A DNA stretch of 64,000 nt from an uncultured Alphaproteobacteria bacterium (GCA_947053455.1 CAMRSV010000002.1:1-64000), one strand, 5' to 3'. Numbered from the stretch's first letter, positions 42,601 to 53,397 are shown. The notes: generated by a model not told the origin, from the sequence alone. A program made the numbers and translations.

Positions 42601-42779
42601 TTGATGTGCACAAAACGCACATCGGGGTGTCGAAACCCATAAGTTATAGTGTCCGAGGGGACAATAAACGCCTCCAATCTAGTCAAGGTTGGAGGGTGGT
42701 GATATATCAAAATAAGCCCACTATTTCCTATAACTTAATAGTTTCGAACCTCCAACCACCATTTGTTTGGTGGCATTTT
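42601..42779 (+). ncRNA. Structured RNA cassette, copy D
   Basis: Promoter TTGTAA-17-TATAAT (42568-42596); target TCGAAAC..TAAGTTATAG; stem GGTTGGAGG/CCTCCAACC-A; guides CTATAACTTA and GTTTCGA; terminator-like CCACCA/TGGTGG. Confidence 0.78.
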
Positions 42780-42794
42780 GTGCTAAAAGGAGAA

Positions 42795-43763
42795 ATGATG
42801 AAAAAATCTTTTATACTGGGAGGCATAATGTTACCCATGGTGGCATTTGGGAATAATATATCCATGGATGAAACACAATACATTATATCAAGTGCCGAAA
42901 AATTATTAAAAACTACCCGTGTTTTATGCAGCGGCATTTCAGATGAGTTATCACAAGTTTCCGGTGTTGCCAAGACTGAAACGGCTATAAACGCTGTTGG
43001 GGCCGCCGCGGGTGGCGGTGCGGTGTATGCCGGACTAAAAAAATCGCAATTGGACAAAGAAATTGAAACATTAATGGATAAAATGTGCACCGGTGGCGGA
43101 TGTTCTGCAAACGGTATAAAATCAATGTCAGATGATGATTTCGTAGAAAATGTTCTAACATCGATGGCGAACATGTCAAAGTTGTCCGATGAAATTGCAA
43201 ATGCGGAAAAGAAATCGAAAACTTTGGGAAATTGGCGTACGGGACTGATGGCGGGAAATACAGCAACAAATATTGCATCGTCAATTGTGGCGGGAATAAA
43301 TATGAATCAATCTGATTTGGTGCAACATGTTATGGCCTGCAACAATTCTTTGACACATTTAGAACAAGCTTACAATAACTTACTGGTAAGTGGGCTAAAT
43401 CCATATGAAACACCGCTGATGATTAAAATTAACAAAATTAAGAATAATTGTGGTGAAATTGATCAAAAAGATATTTTAAAAATAGAAAACTCAATGGCCG
43501 GGGTTGTGGGGATAGGTGCAGCGGGTTCAATCGCTGGTGTCGTCGGCACCGTTGTAAGTGCCAAGGCAAATTCTAATAAAATTCGTAATGACACAAGCGA
43601 AACCGGTCGGCACAAAGAAAGAAATTTAAATACGACCGCAAATGTAATGGCTGTTGCCGGAACTGGGACCAGTATAGCCGGCACGGCAAGCAATGCGATA
43701 ATGATATCGAAAATAAAAAAATTAATTAAACGGGCGCAATATTGCGAGGAGGTTTTACAATGA
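42795..43763 (+). CDS. Secreted/membrane protein with Gly/Ala-rich hydrophobic hairpins and Cys pairs
   Basis: SD AAGGAG, signal peptide, AVGAAAGGGAVYAG and GVVGIGAAGSIAGVVG segments. Confidence 0.7.
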   Translation: MMKKSFILGGIMLPMVAFGNNISMDETQYIISSAEKLLKTTRVLCSGISDELSQVSGVAKTETAINAVGAAAGGGAVYAGLKKSQLDKEIETLMDKMCTGGGCSANGIKSMSDDDFVENVLTSMANMSKLSDEIANAEKKSKTLGNWRTGLMAGNTATNIASSIVAGINMNQSDLVQHVMACNNSLTHLEQAYNNLLVSGLNPYETPLMIKINKIKNNCGEIDQKDILKIENSMAGVVGIGAAGSIAGVVGTVVSAKANSNKIRNDTSETGRHKERNLNTTANVMAVAGTGTSIAGTASNAIMISKIKKLIKRAQYCEEVLQ

Positions 43764-44500
43764 AGCAAATATTATCTGTCTTATCTATTTTATGCGTGTT
43801 GGCTCCATTCGCTGCATTAGCAGATGCGCCAAGTAAAATAATCGCGTCTGGGAATGAGTTTTTTTCATGGACGACCGAATTTATGAAATATATTAAAGAT
43901 TATAAAGAACTGTTGGATGTTGCATATGGAATATGCCAAAAGACAAAAGATTATATATCAAATAACAATATAACACTGCGATACGAAGGCGTCGAATATG
44001 ATAGCGACAGGATGTTGAACTGCGACATCGCGACGCAACCAAATGTCACCCAAGAAGAAATAGAAAGCCTGATGCAACGCTGCGGGATGGTCGCCATAAT
44101 GATTATAGAAAATGGCAAAAACGCCCGCGCCGCCGCATTGGCAAGCGATTCACACAAAGCACCAAAAGAACGCCTGATTGCAAATATTGCGAAACGGCAA
44201 TGCGCGCGATTTAACCCGCGCACCGTGACAAATATTGATATATCTTGTCGTATTGATACGGTCACACGATGCCTGGTTAAGGAAACCATAGGCGAACCGG
44301 GTTATGATGATACAACATACCCGACATGTTGCATTGTATCAGACCGATTGGTTGATGAAATCAATATTGATTCGGATGGCAACGCGACTATAAAAACAAC
44401 GGTTTCATACGCAGATTTTACAAAGGTTGCACATGATGCGATGCTTTCCAACAAGGCAGATAAATTAACACTTGATAACTTTGACGATAAATGCAAATAA
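43760..44500 (+). CDS. Secreted Cys-containing hypothetical protein
   Basis: SD GAGGAGG, signal peptide ending AALA; coupled to the upstream gene. Confidence 0.7.
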   Translation: MKQILSVLSILCVLAPFAALADAPSKIIASGNEFFSWTTEFMKYIKDYKELLDVAYGICQKTKDYISNNNITLRYEGVEYDSDRMLNCDIATQPNVTQEEIESLMQRCGMVAIMIIENGKNARAAALASDSHKAPKERLIANIAKRQCARFNPRTVTNIDISCRIDTVTRCLVKETIGEPGYDDTTYPTCCIVSDRLVDEINIDSDGNATIKTTVSYADFTKVAHDAMLSNKADKLTLDNFDDKCK

Positions 44501-44523
44501 AAAATCCCCCAAATGGGGGATTT

Positions 44524-45102
44524 TTAACGCTGCTTATTCTTCAGGCCGTGATATATTTGATTAAAATGCATTCGGCACACGGATTTATAGTTTGAATCGC
44601 CGACACAAATCTGGTCGCCGCCCCGGATTACATTGCCGTCCGCATCAAATCGTAAATGATGTGTTGCAAAGTGCATACATTCCGGAATCATACACGATGT
44701 TTCTGCCTGATGCAATTTTGCCCCCACTTCTACCAAGCGGGCAGATGTGGGAAACAATTTTTCATTACTATCCACCATAAGACCATAACATATCACCAGT
44801 AAACCTTTGATATCTGCAATTCGCACCAGACAATCAATATCACTGGGCGCAAAAAATTGTATTTCATCAACCAATATAACTTTTGTTTTCGGCGCCGGTT
44901 CATAATTGTCAAAAGATTTTAATACCAATGCTTCGGCTTCATCTTTGGTTGCACGCGATTTAACTGTTGTAGAACGTGTATCGCTTAACGGTTTTATTAT
45001 TTCAACCGGGATGTTTTTAAGTTGAAAATTATGCGCCGTCATAATCAACATAGCAGACTTTGCCGATTGCATAACGCCATAATGAAAATGTAATTTTGCC
45101 AT
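44524..45102 (-). CDS. tdk: Thymidine kinase
   Basis: MAKLHFHYGVMQSAKS, LVDEIQF, ICYGL, C..C zinc knuckle, YKSVCR.H. Confidence 0.93.
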   Translation of the reverse strand: MAKLHFHYGVMQSAKSAMLIMTAHNFQLKNIPVEIIKPLSDTRSTTVKSRATKDEAEALVLKSFDNYEPAPKTKVILVDEIQFFAPSDIDCLVRIADIKGLLVICYGLMVDSNEKLFPTSARLVEVGAKLHQAETSCMIPECMHFATHHLRFDADGNVIRGGDQICVGDSNYKSVCRMHFNQIYHGLKNKQR

Positions 45103-45201
45103 TTCGCACCCCCTTTCTGAAACCGACTTTGGTCATAGCAAATGGTTCCTGTTATAAATTCAAATTTTCGCCCCTATTATAATCAAAAAGTGGTCTATGT
45201 C

Positions 45202-46347
45202 ATGAGAAAAATATTTATGCTATTTTTTATGGTTTTAGGTCTGGGGGCACATGCGGCAAACGCGGGCGTATCGCGACAATATCTGGCGGATGCCGGGAAA
45301 GCATGGGCGGCGGCATTAAGCGGGGTTGGTAGCAACAGCAGCGAAATTGCACGGCAATTGTCACAATACCACAACAGCGACCTTGTAAGATTTAACGAAT
45401 TAATCGGTATTATTGCATATAACGACACAGCACTTGCGATATACGAGGCCACAAAACATCTGGACATGGCATATTCGGTAATATCACGCCCAATGGCGGC
45501 ACGCCGAACAACATGCGCAAATAATTTATCCAACTGCGCGGTTCGACGCCGCACATTAAGTGCAGAAATAGAACTCTTTGCATCAACTGCAGACTTTGAT
45601 TCTGATGCAAACGGTGACTTTACAATTGACGGCACGGGTCTGTCCATTAGAGCCAAAGGCTACGCCGCAGACGGGTTCGCATTCGGGGTTGGGTACACCC
45701 ACAGTTCCGCCGACACACGCGATAATCCAGTCTATAACGATGCAAAGGGAAACAGCGTAACACTGTTTGCACAATATTTAGCGGAATCGGGGCTCTTTTT
45801 GAATATAGCGGCTGTTGGCGGACACATCAGTTGGGAAACCGACAAAACAATTGCCGCAATCCGTGACGACGGTGTTTATGATGCTGATTTCTGGTCGGGG
45901 CAAATCGTCACAGGCATTCAATTATCGCGGGGACCTTTGTTCTTTGCACCACGCATGGACGTGCGTTATGCACACTTGAAATCAGACGCCCATACAGACG
46001 GCGCCGCGCAGAGTTTTGACCGTTGGCGATATGATGTACTAACCGCCGGGCTAGACTTGGAAATGGGCGCAAATTTTGCTGTGAACGGTTTTGTCGTACG
46101 TCCTAATATAACGATTGGCGGTGGATATGATATTATCAGTCATGCCGACGATAATATCACCGTGCAGGTTATTGGAAATCAAAGATACGATATACCTGTG
46201 GAACGACCCGCACGCGCCGCACTACGGGGCGGACTGGGCATTGGGGTATACGGCGCGTCGTTTGCCATAACGCTGGATTATAAATTGGATTCGCGGTCTG
46301 ATTACATGGCGCATACGGGAATGCTGAACGCAAAGATTGCGTTTTAA
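45202..46347 (+). CDS. Autotransporter beta-barrel domain protein
   Basis: Signal peptide, helical linker, amphipathic strands, terminal AKIAF. Confidence 0.8.
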   Translation: MRKIFMLFFMVLGLGAHAANAGVSRQYLADAGKAWAAALSGVGSNSSEIARQLSQYHNSDLVRFNELIGIIAYNDTALAIYEATKHLDMAYSVISRPMAARRTTCANNLSNCAVRRRTLSAEIELFASTADFDSDANGDFTIDGTGLSIRAKGYAADGFAFGVGYTHSSADTRDNPVYNDAKGNSVTLFAQYLAESGLFLNIAAVGGHISWETDKTIAAIRDDGVYDADFWSGQIVTGIQLSRGPLFFAPRMDVRYAHLKSDAHTDGAAQSFDRWRYDVLTAGLDLEMGANFAVNGFVVRPNITIGGGYDIISHADDNITVQVIGNQRYDIPVERPARAALRGGLGIGVYGASFAITLDYKLDSRSDYMAHTGMLNAKIAF

Positions 46348-46380
46348 CAATTAGAAAAAATATGCTATAATACACGCGTT

Positions 46381-47175
46381 ATGAAATATGACTTAATGCG
46401 TGTTTTTATTTACGTTACGCTGGTTGGTTTTTGCGGCGGCCAATCTGTTGCGGCCGGGTTACTTAAACCGGTAAAGTTTGCGACAACATATGCCGACCTG
46501 CCCTTTGCGGTGCGAATGGAAAATGAACGCGCCGGGTTTGAGGACTGGGAACCCGAATATGACGCAAATGGACGTTGTATCCGCGGATGCGCATACCAAG
46601 GCATGAACATAGAAGACGATTTGAAGGCAATGGAACGCCAAACGCAGATTGCAGTCGCCCAGATGAATCAGGACACATCGCAAATCACGCATCCGGCGCC
46701 ATCGATGGATGTTACGAAACAACCGGCTGTGATAACACCGCAATGCACGCCGTCAAACCCGGCAATTGCGCCTGGGCAAATTTACCCCAGCGGGGAACCA
46801 TTAATCGGACGACACACAATAACCTCTCAATACGGTGATAGAATTCATCCTGTCACAAAAATCCGGACACCACACCGCGGAATTGACTTTTCCGCCCCCA
46901 TCGGAACAGATGTTTTTTCACCGGCAACCGGCACTGTTGCATCTGTTTGGTCGGACAATACATGTGGGCGCGGCATTCGTATAACGCATTCTGGCGGCTT
47001 TGAAAGCGTTTATTGCCATCTAAATTCACAATTGGTAAAGGTGGGCGATACGGTAAATGCTGGTTGCCGCATTGGACAAAGTGGTAATACCGGCCGCACC
47101 ACAGGCGCACATTTACATTATGGGATAAAGCATAATGGAACCTATGTAAATCCCAATAAATTCATCGGTCGATAA
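46381..47175 (+). CDS. M23 family metallopeptidase
   Basis: HRGIDF, YCHL, GNTGRTTGAHLHY. Confidence 0.92.
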   Translation: MKYDLMRVFIYVTLVGFCGGQSVAAGLLKPVKFATTYADLPFAVRMENERAGFEDWEPEYDANGRCIRGCAYQGMNIEDDLKAMERQTQIAVAQMNQDTSQITHPAPSMDVTKQPAVITPQCTPSNPAIAPGQIYPSGEPLIGRHTITSQYGDRIHPVTKIRTPHRGIDFSAPIGTDVFSPATGTVASVWSDNTCGRGIRITHSGGFESVYCHLNSQLVKVGDTVNAGCRIGQSGNTGRTTGAHLHYGIKHNGTYVNPNKFIGR

Positions 47176-47176
47176 T

Positions 47177-47554
47177 TTATTCGTGATGTTTTTGTTTCAT
47201 GAATTGTACATGAAAACTGCCATTATTTATCGGGGCAAAAGAATAAATGTATGGCGCCAATATGCTTTCTGTGGCCCATTGTGGGAATTTTTGATGCAAG
47301 ATTCCACTGGCGCCGGTAATAATCGTTGCGGTTCGTGTGCCTGATTTTGCGACCCGCATAATCGCGTTCCACGCCTGTTCTTCGGTATATTGGTGCAAAT
47401 CAATGGCGACATGCTTTGCCGCGACGGCGCGTTTGGCGGGTATTAATTTCCCCAAACACAGATTACGCCGCACACTCTGATTTACCGCACGCGTATCAGG
47501 CGTAAATTTACATGACGCCATTTGTTCAATATCTGCATCCGACAACTGTTTCAT
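47177..47554 (-). CDS. Smr/MutS2 domain protein
   Basis: IDLHQYT, IITG, P.NNGSF. Confidence 0.8.
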   Translation of the reverse strand: MKQLSDADIEQMASCKFTPDTRAVNQSVRRNLCLGKLIPAKRAVAAKHVAIDLHQYTEEQAWNAIMRVAKSGTRTATIITGASGILHQKFPQWATESILAPYIYSFAPINNGSFHVQFMKQKHHE

Positions 47555-47613
47555 AATTCTGGAATAATAATACGAATAAAAATATATTCCAGTAAATATG
47601 GCAAATTTATAAT

Positions 47614-48021
47614 TTATTTTATGTCCCTAAAAATCGCGTTACGCAACTGTTTATTAGACACAATGTCACGCGCGCAAAAACTGGCACACCAATTTTGGCA
47701 TTCGTTTGCATAAACATAACTGCGCAAAAATACATACTGCGACCGAAATGGACTGGATATTCGGCACCAGCAGCCAATTGCATCGTCCCCATCTTCGGGT
47801 GCGGTCAAAATTTCGGTCTGCGTATATGCGGGCGCCTCAACATCATTGCAAACGCCGACACCCTTTACCACCAATTCATCCGTGCCATTATCGCATAATG
47901 CAGCCCAGTTATCACCAGAATATTCCGAATTTTTACATTTTATTTCCGGCGGCAATATTTTGGCGCACAACGCCGCATGCGAAACAAACGCCAGACCAGT
48001 GGCAATCATTAGATATTTCAT
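47614..48021 (-). CDS. Secreted Cys-rich small protein
   Basis: Signal peptide; CWCR; C..WC..FC; SD AGGGG. Confidence 0.7.
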   Translation of the reverse strand: MKYLMIATGLAFVSHAALCAKILPPEIKCKNSEYSGDNWAALCDNGTDELVVKGVGVCNDVEAPAYTQTEILTAPEDGDDAIGCWCRISSPFRSQYVFLRSYVYANECQNWCASFCARDIVSNKQLRNAIFRDIK

Positions 48022-48046
48022 TTTCTATTTCCCCTTTGGTTAAAGA

Positions 48047-48257
48047 ACAAAACCACCAAAAAGGTGGTCGGGAAGTTAGAAAAATCATAAATCAGAATGA
48101 TCCCGCTGGTCTTTGGGCGATCCCTGTTGTATAACCAACGGCCTCCCGACAACGTGCCGGGCAAGCACGGGAACATCCCGTGGCATTGGATACGGTGCAC
48201 TGCACCGCTGATTTATGGGATTTTCTACGTCCCGAACCCACATCCCTGCAGGTTCAA
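48047..48257 (-). ncRNA. Structured RNA cassette, copy E (divergent)
   Basis: Stem covaries to GTCGGGAG/CTTCCCGAC-CA; target TAGAAAAT..CATAAATCAG pairs with CTGATTTATG..TTTTCTA; terminator ACCACC/GGTGGT-TTT. Confidence 0.65.
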
Positions 48258-48341
48258 TAAAAGTATAATTTATATTTACCGCAAATACAAGAAATATAAA
48301 ATTCCTTGAAAATAATTCAAAAAAATTATACACCGTAAACT

Positions 48342-48647
48342 ATGAAATCTGAAAATAATATTGATATAAACCAACTGCCGGGAACGGAATTTCAACATGA
48401 TATTTGGCGCGCACTAATGAAAATACCACGCGGGACGGTACGAACATATGCCCAACTGGCCAAAATGTCGGGGCACCCGAACGCCGTGCGCGCCGTGGCC
48501 AATGCTGTTGGGAAAAATCCCATGCCACCCACCATTCCATGCCATCGCGTCATACGCAGTGATGGCAAAATCGGCGGCTATTCCGCCCCGGGTGGGATAA
48601 GGCGAAAAATTGAATTACTTAAATCAGAGGGCATTGAACTTCCATAA
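48342..48647 (+). CDS. ogt: Methylated-DNA--protein-cysteine methyltransferase (single domain)
   Basis: GTEFQ..IW, IPRG...TY, RAVANA, IPCHRVI. Confidence 0.9.
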   Translation: MKSENNIDINQLPGTEFQHDIWRALMKIPRGTVRTYAQLAKMSGHPNAVRAVANAVGKNPMPPTIPCHRVIRSDGKIGGYSAPGGIRRKIELLKSEGIELP

Positions 48648-48672
48648 AAAATCCCGCAAATGCGGGATTTTT

Positions 48673-49935
48673 TTACATTTGAATAAACAAGTTCGGATTT
48701 TCAGCCAATTTTTCAATTCCGCCATCCAATACCTTGCGATATTCCAAGAATTTTTTCTTATCCGCACTACCTAAATTACTAATTGCAGGTAATTTTACTG
48801 TCAACGGATTTACATGCTTGCCATTTTTGATTATTTCATAATGCAAATGCGGCCCCGTAGATAATCCGGTCGAACCAACATATCCAATTGTCTGTCCCTG
48901 GCGCACATTGGTGCCCACGGTGACACCCTTGGCAAAGCGAGACATATGCGCATAAAGCGTTTCATAAGACCCATTGTGGCGCAATTTTATATAATTGCCA
49001 TGTCCATTGTTGTACCCGCGTGCAACAACACGTCCCGCACCCGCCGCCGGAATTGGTGTACCGGTAGATGCACGGAAATCAACCCCCTTATGCGCACGTG
49101 TATACCCCAGCACCGGATGCTTGCGCCGGCCGGAAAAACTGCTGGTAACCTTGGCATTGTTAATCGGCGTACGCTTTAGTGATTTTATTGCACCATTACC
49201 ATCTTCATCATAATATCCGGACGCACCGTCAGCCTTTTTGAACCGATACATGCGCACATTGCCGCGTAATGCATCAAACGACACCGCCAAAACGCGACCA
49301 TTATCAACCTTTTGATTATCGGAATAATTTTCCTCATACACGACCCAGAATTTTTGCCCCGCGCGCACATCACGTTCAAAGTCCATTTCAAACGCCAGCA
49401 AATCATATACGTCCGCCAATATGCCCGCCGGTATTCCTGCACGCATCCCCGCCAGATAAAAACTATCACCGTCCAATATTTCACCAGTATGATAAACCGC
49501 GCGCGTATCAGGTGTAATATCAACTGTATTGCACTGCCATTGGCCGTCGGTATTACGTGACACCTCAACCCGGCGCCACGGAGACGGAATTATTGCAAAT
49601 CTGGTCGCAGGCGCATCTTCGTTGTCACGTATAAATTCAATTTTATCACTCTGCGCACGCAGGGTTGTAATATCGGCATCTTTCTTTAAAATTTTTGCAA
49701 TCGCATCCACATCGGAATATGTCAATCCCTGTTCCGTCAACAATTTAGACAACGTATCGCCATCCGCCACCTGAACCGTAATGATTTGTGAATCAGATTT
49801 GGAGCAATTTGGCGCCACGCGCGGCGCACGATGCGTCAGAACGACAATTATCGCAGCCACACTTAATGCCGCAGCCACACCCAAAATAACCCATGTTAAT
49901 ATACGTAAATTAAGAATATCTTTTGCTTTTTTCAT
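48673..49935 (-). CDS. M23 peptidoglycan endopeptidase (MepM-like)
   Basis: TM anchor, GDTL, RKHPVLGY.RAHKGVDF, YAHM, TGPHLHYE. Confidence 0.92.
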   Translation of the reverse strand: MKKAKDILNLRILTWVILGVAAALSVAAIIVVLTHRAPRVAPNCSKSDSQIITVQVADGDTLSKLLTEQGLTYSDVDAIAKILKKDADITTLRAQSDKIEFIRDNEDAPATRFAIIPSPWRRVEVSRNTDGQWQCNTVDITPDTRAVYHTGEILDGDSFYLAGMRAGIPAGILADVYDLLAFEMDFERDVRAGQKFWVVYEENYSDNQKVDNGRVLAVSFDALRGNVRMYRFKKADGASGYYDEDGNGAIKSLKRTPINNAKVTSSFSGRRKHPVLGYTRAHKGVDFRASTGTPIPAAGAGRVVARGYNNGHGNYIKLRHNGSYETLYAHMSRFAKGVTVGTNVRQGQTIGYVGSTGLSTGPHLHYEIIKNGKHVNPLTVKLPAISNLGSADKKKFLEYRKVLDGGIEKLAENPNLFIQM

Positions 49936-49956
49936 GGAATCCATTATACTATTTTT

Positions 49957-50727
49957 ATGCAAACAAATCAAGCCTTCACAATTTTACAAAATGCCGGCGG
50001 TGTTCGTGCAGCGCGCATTATCACAGAAAATCAACCAAAATTAACGACTTTTACCGTATGGCGAATGGCAAAAAAATTACGGCGCGGTGTTCCGGTTGCA
50101 AAAATCATTCATCGCAAATGGTTCTATGGTTTACCGTTTTATACAAATGCGCACACTTTGGATCCACGGCCGGATACGGAAACGCTTGTATCGGCGGTAA
50201 TTTCAGATATTACCCCCGGGCAATCCACCAAAATCCTGGATCTTGGCACCGGCACCGGATGTATAATTGGCGCAATCATTAAAAATATTGCCGATGCACA
50301 CGGTGTTGCTGTGGAAAAATCATGGCGCGCCGCACTCGTTGCAAAACGAAATTTTCGCGATTTGAAAATATTTGACCGGGTAAAAATCCGCCGTGCGTCT
50401 TTTACAAAACAAAATGCAATCCGTGAAAAGTTTGACGTTATAGTGTCCAATCCGCCATATATTGCAATTGGCGATGCGCGCGTGGATGCGGGTGCACTGC
50501 ATGACCCAAAATTGGCTCTTTACGCGACGGACGGCGGATTTGCAGCATACCGTGAAATTGCAAAAAATGCGCGCAAATGGATACGCGCAAATGGAAAAAT
50601 ATATTTGGAAATTGGTATTGATATGGGTGCGTCGGTTCGTGAAATATTTGAATTAAACGGGTGGAAATTTATCCGGGGCGAAAATGATTTAAGCGGTACC
50701 GAACGCGTGCTAATATTTCAATTATAG
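49957..50727 (+). CDS. prmC: Release factor glutamine methyltransferase
   Basis: LDPRPDTE, LDLGTGTG, SNPPY, LEIG. Confidence 0.92.
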   Translation: MQTNQAFTILQNAGGVRAARIITENQPKLTTFTVWRMAKKLRRGVPVAKIIHRKWFYGLPFYTNAHTLDPRPDTETLVSAVISDITPGQSTKILDLGTGTGCIIGAIIKNIADAHGVAVEKSWRAALVAKRNFRDLKIFDRVKIRRASFTKQNAIREKFDVIVSNPPYIAIGDARVDAGALHDPKLALYATDGGFAAYREIAKNARKWIRANGKIYLEIGIDMGASVREIFELNGWKFIRGENDLSGTERVLIFQL

Positions 50728-50744
50728 GTCAATTTGGAACTAAT

Positions 50745-51458
50745 TTAATCCTTGCAACATTTGTGCCCACCACAACAATCCCCACCGTGGCAACAATGCC
50801 CACGCCCACATTCATTAGCCACAAAATACGGATTTTCACGCTTTAACATTTCAATTGTTGAATTCATTCCGTGTCCAAACACAACAAATGTATCATCTGG
50901 CAAATTCATTTCACGCAAACGCGCAATTGTTGCACGCAGCGCGCACATATCGCCGCCCGGCAAATCGCACCGGCCGACCGAATCCGCAAATATTGTGTCA
51001 CCTGCAATTAAAACCTTAAAATCCGGGAAATGAAACATCATGCCGCCCACACTGTGCCCGGGCGCGGCAACGGCGTGCATCCAAACCCCAGGCAGTATTT
51101 CAAATTCACCCGCCGGCAAATCGTTCGGACGCGCCGCCGACACATCAATTGCCGGCAATTCAAAATATTCCAGCAGTTCCGCGCCCCACCCTAGCAATAA
51201 ATTATCACGCGCATTCAAAAACCACGGGATATTATGCGCGGCGGCCAATTCCGGCGCCGCAGAAATATGATCCGGATGTCCGTGTGTAGAATATACTGCA
51301 CGCAGATTAAGTTTCCGTGACACCAATAATTCATTCCATGCGTCCGCACGCCCCCACGCGTCAAATATAACTGCATCCGAGCCACATGTCACCAATACGG
51401 AATTCGTATTTTCTGGCGCCATGCGCAGCACTTCAAAACTCGGCGAATTATTTTGCAT
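50745..51458 (-). CDS. MBL-fold metallo-hydrolase (glyoxalase II-like) with Cys/His tail
   Basis: THGHPDH, PGHS.G, GDTIF, GR.DLPGGD, GHG. Confidence 0.9.
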   Translation of the reverse strand: MQNNSPSFEVLRMAPENTNSVLVTCGSDAVIFDAWGRADAWNELLVSRKLNLRAVYSTHGHPDHISAAPELAAAHNIPWFLNARDNLLLGWGAELLEYFELPAIDVSAARPNDLPAGEFEILPGVWMHAVAAPGHSVGGMMFHFPDFKVLIAGDTIFADSVGRCDLPGGDMCALRATIARLREMNLPDDTFVVFGHGMNSTIEMLKRENPYFVANECGRGHCCHGGDCCGGHKCCKD

Positions 51459-53397
51459 TTGTTGACTTTGCTTTCTTTTTTGTTGGCGTATTCTTTTTTA
51501 TGGCCAAATCTGCCGCCTTTTCTGCGGATGCCTTTTTCTTTGTTTTTCCCAAAACAATTTCACGAATCTCGGCCCCGGTCAGGGTTTCACGCGCCAGCAA
51601 TTCGTTCGCCAGTTTTTCAACCGTAGCCCGGTTGCGGGTCAGCAATCTTTTAGCGTCACTGTACGCGGCGTCCATCCATGCGCGAATTTCCGCATCGACC
51701 ATTTCTGCGGTCTTTTCCGATGCGTTTTCCAACGCGCCGCGTGCGCCGAACGTATTGACCTGATTCACTGCCGCCAAACCAATTTTTGGCGACAGACCAG
51801 CCGTCGTTATCGCATACCGCGCCAGACGCGTCGCCATGGCAATGTCTCCTTCGGCGCCGGTGGTGATTTTATCCGCACCAAAGAATATTTCTTCGGACGC
51901 GCGTCCCGCCATGTACATGGACAAATTAGCCCGAATTTCTGCAATTGTTAATGAAACCTTGTCATCAATCGGCAATTGCTGAACCATGCCGAGCGCCCGC
52001 CCACGTGGGATAATCGTCGCCTTGTGTATAGGGTCAGAAACGTCCGCATACATTGTACTAACAAATGCATGCCCCGCCTCGTGATACGCGGTAAGTTTTA
52101 TATCCTCTGCACGCATTTTGCGAATTTTACGCGGCCCCATTATGATTTTATCACGCGCCTCCTCTACGTCGGCCTGGGCAATTTCCTTGCGACCACCACG
52201 CACCGCGTGCAGCGCAGCCTCGTTCAACAGGTTTTCCAAATCTGCCCCTGAAAAACCGGTTGTTCCGCGCGCCAAATCCTGCATGTTTACATCCGTACCA
52301 ATTTTTACGCGCTTTGCATACAAATCCAGAATTTCCCGTCGTCCCGACAAGTCCGGCAAATCAATATGCACCTGGCGGTCAAATCGACCGGGTCGCAGCA
52401 GCGCCGGATCCAGCATATCTGCACGATTTGTCGCACCAATAACAATTATTCCGGTATCATTTGAAAAGCCGTCCATTTCAATCAACAATTGATTCAATGT
52501 TTGTTCACGGTCTTGGTCGTTGTATGAATGTTGACTGCGGCGTTGTCCGATGGCATCAATTTCATCAATAAATAATATGCACGGCGCATTACGCTTTGCC
52601 ATTTCAAATATTTCCTTTATCTTGGCAACGCCTAGTCCCACGATAATTCCCGAAAAATCACTGCCCGATGCGGCAAAGAATGGAACATTCGCCTCACCTG
52701 CGATGGCACGCGCCAATAGTGTTTTTCCCGTTCCCGGCTGCCCCGACAGCAGGACACCACGCGGAACGCGGGCACCAACCGCCTTGAACTTTTCCTTGTT
52801 TTTCAGGAAATCCACAATTTCGGCTAATTCCTGTTTTTCAGAATCAATGCCGGCGACATCTTTGAATGTTGTTTTTGGCTTTCCGGTGGTGATTTTTGTT
52901 GGGTTTTGTTGTGCCAGCCCCCGCGTAATACCGCCCGCACCGCCACGCAGACCGCGGAATATCCACCATATAAAGAACACACCCATCAAAATCGGAATCC
53001 ATGTTCCCAGATAATCAACCCATGATTTAGATGTATCAATTGAAATCTTTGCGCCATTTTCCGCCAATTTAGTCAGGCTTGCCGGGTCATACGCAATTGT
53101 TGCGGTGTATTTTGTTCCGTCACGCAATGTACCCACTGCATCGTTACCGCGAATTGTCATCGTATCTATATCTTTCGCACGGCGCAAAACATCAGAAAAC
53201 GACAGTTTCATCGGTGCCGATGTGGCGCCGACACCGTCAAAGGCATTTGACATCTGCATATGCACGGCCGGCGTCGCCACAAATGACCGCGCCAGCATTG
53301 CACCAAACATCAGCACAAACAGCAGCAACCAAACCGAACCACCGTCACGTTTTTTCTTGTTATTGATATTATTAAATATTTCTTTTGTTTTTTTCAT
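51448..53397 (-). CDS. ftsH: ATP-dependent zinc metalloprotease FtsH
   Basis: Two TM helices; GQPGTGKT; FIDEID; RPGRFDR; HEAGH. Confidence 0.97.
   Translation of the reverse strand: MKKTKEIFNNINNKKKRDGGSVWLLLFVLMFGAMLARSFVATPAVHMQMSNAFDGVGATSAPMKLSFSDVLRRAKDIDTMTIRGNDAVGTLRDGTKYTATIAYDPASLTKLAENGAKISIDTSKSWVDYLGTWIPILMGVFFIWWIFRGLRGGAGGITRGLAQQNPTKITTGKPKTTFKDVAGIDSEKQELAEIVDFLKNKEKFKAVGARVPRGVLLSGQPGTGKTLLARAIAGEANVPFFAASGSDFSGIIVGLGVAKIKEIFEMAKRNAPCILFIDEIDAIGQRRSQHSYNDQDREQTLNQLLIEMDGFSNDTGIIVIGATNRADMLDPALLRPGRFDRQVHIDLPDLSGRREILDLYAKRVKIGTDVNMQDLARGTTGFSGADLENLLNEAALHAVRGGRKEIAQADVEEARDKIIMGPRKIRKMRAEDIKLTAYHEAGHAFVSTMYADVSDPIHKATIIPRGRALGMVQQLPIDDKVSLTIAEIRANLSMYMAGRASEEIFFGADKITTGAEGDIAMATRLARYAITTAGLSPKIGLAAVNQVNTFGARGALENASEKTAEMVDAEIRAWMDAAYSDAKRLLTRNRATVEKLANELLARETLTGAEIREIVLGKTKKKASAEKAADLAIKKNTPTKKKAKSTNAK

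Noticed and set aside
42585-42794. N-terminal extension of the 392-aa ORF, and ORFs 5020-5524, 48018-48333, 58004-58198 and 61678-61995
   Set aside because: They overlap the RNA cassettes and are not conserved in frame between copies; the real starts have SD sequences downstream.
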